Positions 35,326 to 36,498 of a stretch of 36,498 nt of DNA are shown one piece after another. The position numbers and the translations under genes were made by a program. The first letter of the stretch is position 1. Each line of letters opens with the position of its first letter. This stretch comes from Sphaeroforma arctica JP610 (Eukaryota), in contig NW_014040386.1 of assembly GCF_001186125.1 (NCBI RefSeq), positions 51,661 through 88,158 of the forward strand, given 5' to 3'. The notes beneath the pieces are model-generated. The model ran no database searches. It was not told where the DNA came from and worked only from the letters and a program-made list of their open reading frames with translations.

Positions 35326-36191
35326 AGGAACATAAGACTGCTCAGGGCAATTCATGACTTGTTTTGTAGACACCAGAGTTCGAGTCGGACAAGCTGCATG
35401 TAGTCTCAGCGAGTGTAATCAATGGGGAAGGTGCGCGCAAAGATTTTTTGTACTTCCTTATAAAATTCTGATTGTGATTGTATTTAAGTTCACATACGTG
35501 CACCAGTCTCGACTGGATAACGCCCTGTTCTTACGACTATCATGTCCCTCCAGCGGAACTACACTACACGCGTGGCGAAATGAAATTGATGGCATCTGTA
35601 TGTAAACATATAAATATTATTGTGAGCTAAGCGGCAGAGAGTGAGATCAATACCATGACCCTCTGGACAGAATCAGGGTCTCTGCGGAAAGAGTGGAGAC
35701 ATTGATAATTTTCGTTGAGACGCCATCCAGAGGACCATGTATGTCTTAAAAATAGATAAGACTTACCTGGTACCTCGCTTGATTTTCATGACCCCATAAG
35801 TCACAGGATTAGGTAAATAAATACAATTAGGCGATATAATAATAAGTCTATGTGACGGTTGTGTGACCTCCCCAGATATTTATTTTAGAGAGGGCCGTTT
35901 TTCTTCTTCAGAAAGTTAAACCCTAAACCCTATGGACAGTTCGGTTTTCAAAGGACAACAACTATTTTTTGTAATAAATAAAATTTGAAACGTCACGTGC
36001 ACCTTTTTTTTTCGCGGGCTTCTGCTTCTCTCACTCTATAGAGAGTCACACAGGCGAATGTATGATTCTGACGTATTGTATTTATTCTTTTTATTTTATT
36101 ATGTAAATATGTGCCTGTCCAAGTGTCCATATCTTTTAGACTCTCCAAAGCGACTATAATCTATTCATTGTCAACGTTTGCACTGCCGACC

Positions 36192-36498
36192 ATGGATTTA
36201 GACGATATCGAAGATATTGTTAGGGAAGGTGACGACTTTGGGTCGGCTGGTAGTGGGGTACGGAAGTACGTCGTTCCGCGAGCGCGCGTCACTACCAGAA
36301 AGGTACCAATACTGTCCAATCGTGACTACCAGAAAGGTACCAATACTGTCCAATCGTGATTGTGTTGCATCTACAGCATGTACTGTTGTCATCATCCCTA
36401 CGCCAGACTTCTTTTCATGAATGTCTTTTGGATCTTACAGTACACCGATTTCTTCGTATTTTTAACGATCAGCGAACAGATATATTTGCCTATTGAAG
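36192..36498 (+). pseudogene. Possible decayed PIF/Harbinger-like transposase N-terminus, with a 34-bp tandem duplication at 36288-36355
   Basis: MDLDDIEDIV...LSNRD, then HPYARLLF and VHRFLRIFND in shifted frames, loosely resembling the P.Y....F...F....FLRI motif. The duplication is certain; the family call is weak. Confidence 0.3.

Overview
Eukaryotic, retrotransposon-dense window; the host species cannot be fixed from the sequence. About 1-31 kb is a nest of decayed elements: several families of Ty3/Gypsy-type LTR retrotransposons (labelled A-D here), a short solo LTR (E), an internally deleted Ty1/Copia element and pieces of an APE-endonuclease LINE. About 32-36.5 kb holds an intron-containing host membrane-protein gene with micro- and minisatellites. 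The main signal is a group of Gypsy-type elements with aspartic protease, direct TG..CA LTRs, a DDE integrase and 4-bp target duplications. Their pol carries a DIRS/phage-Dam-like N6-adenine DNA methyltransferase domain (DW..NPRW, IDMFAA..N, DAF, WANPPW) between RNase H and integrase. The domain is seen in full in two distinct families (A, C), in a third related copy, and as its first motif in family B. These elements also share a non-tRNA-like motif where the PBS should be, a conserved in-frame TGA between gag and pol, atypical zinc knuckles and a divergent chromodomain-like integrase tail. All copies here are pseudogenised. Coordinates were read by eye; no alignments or searches were run.
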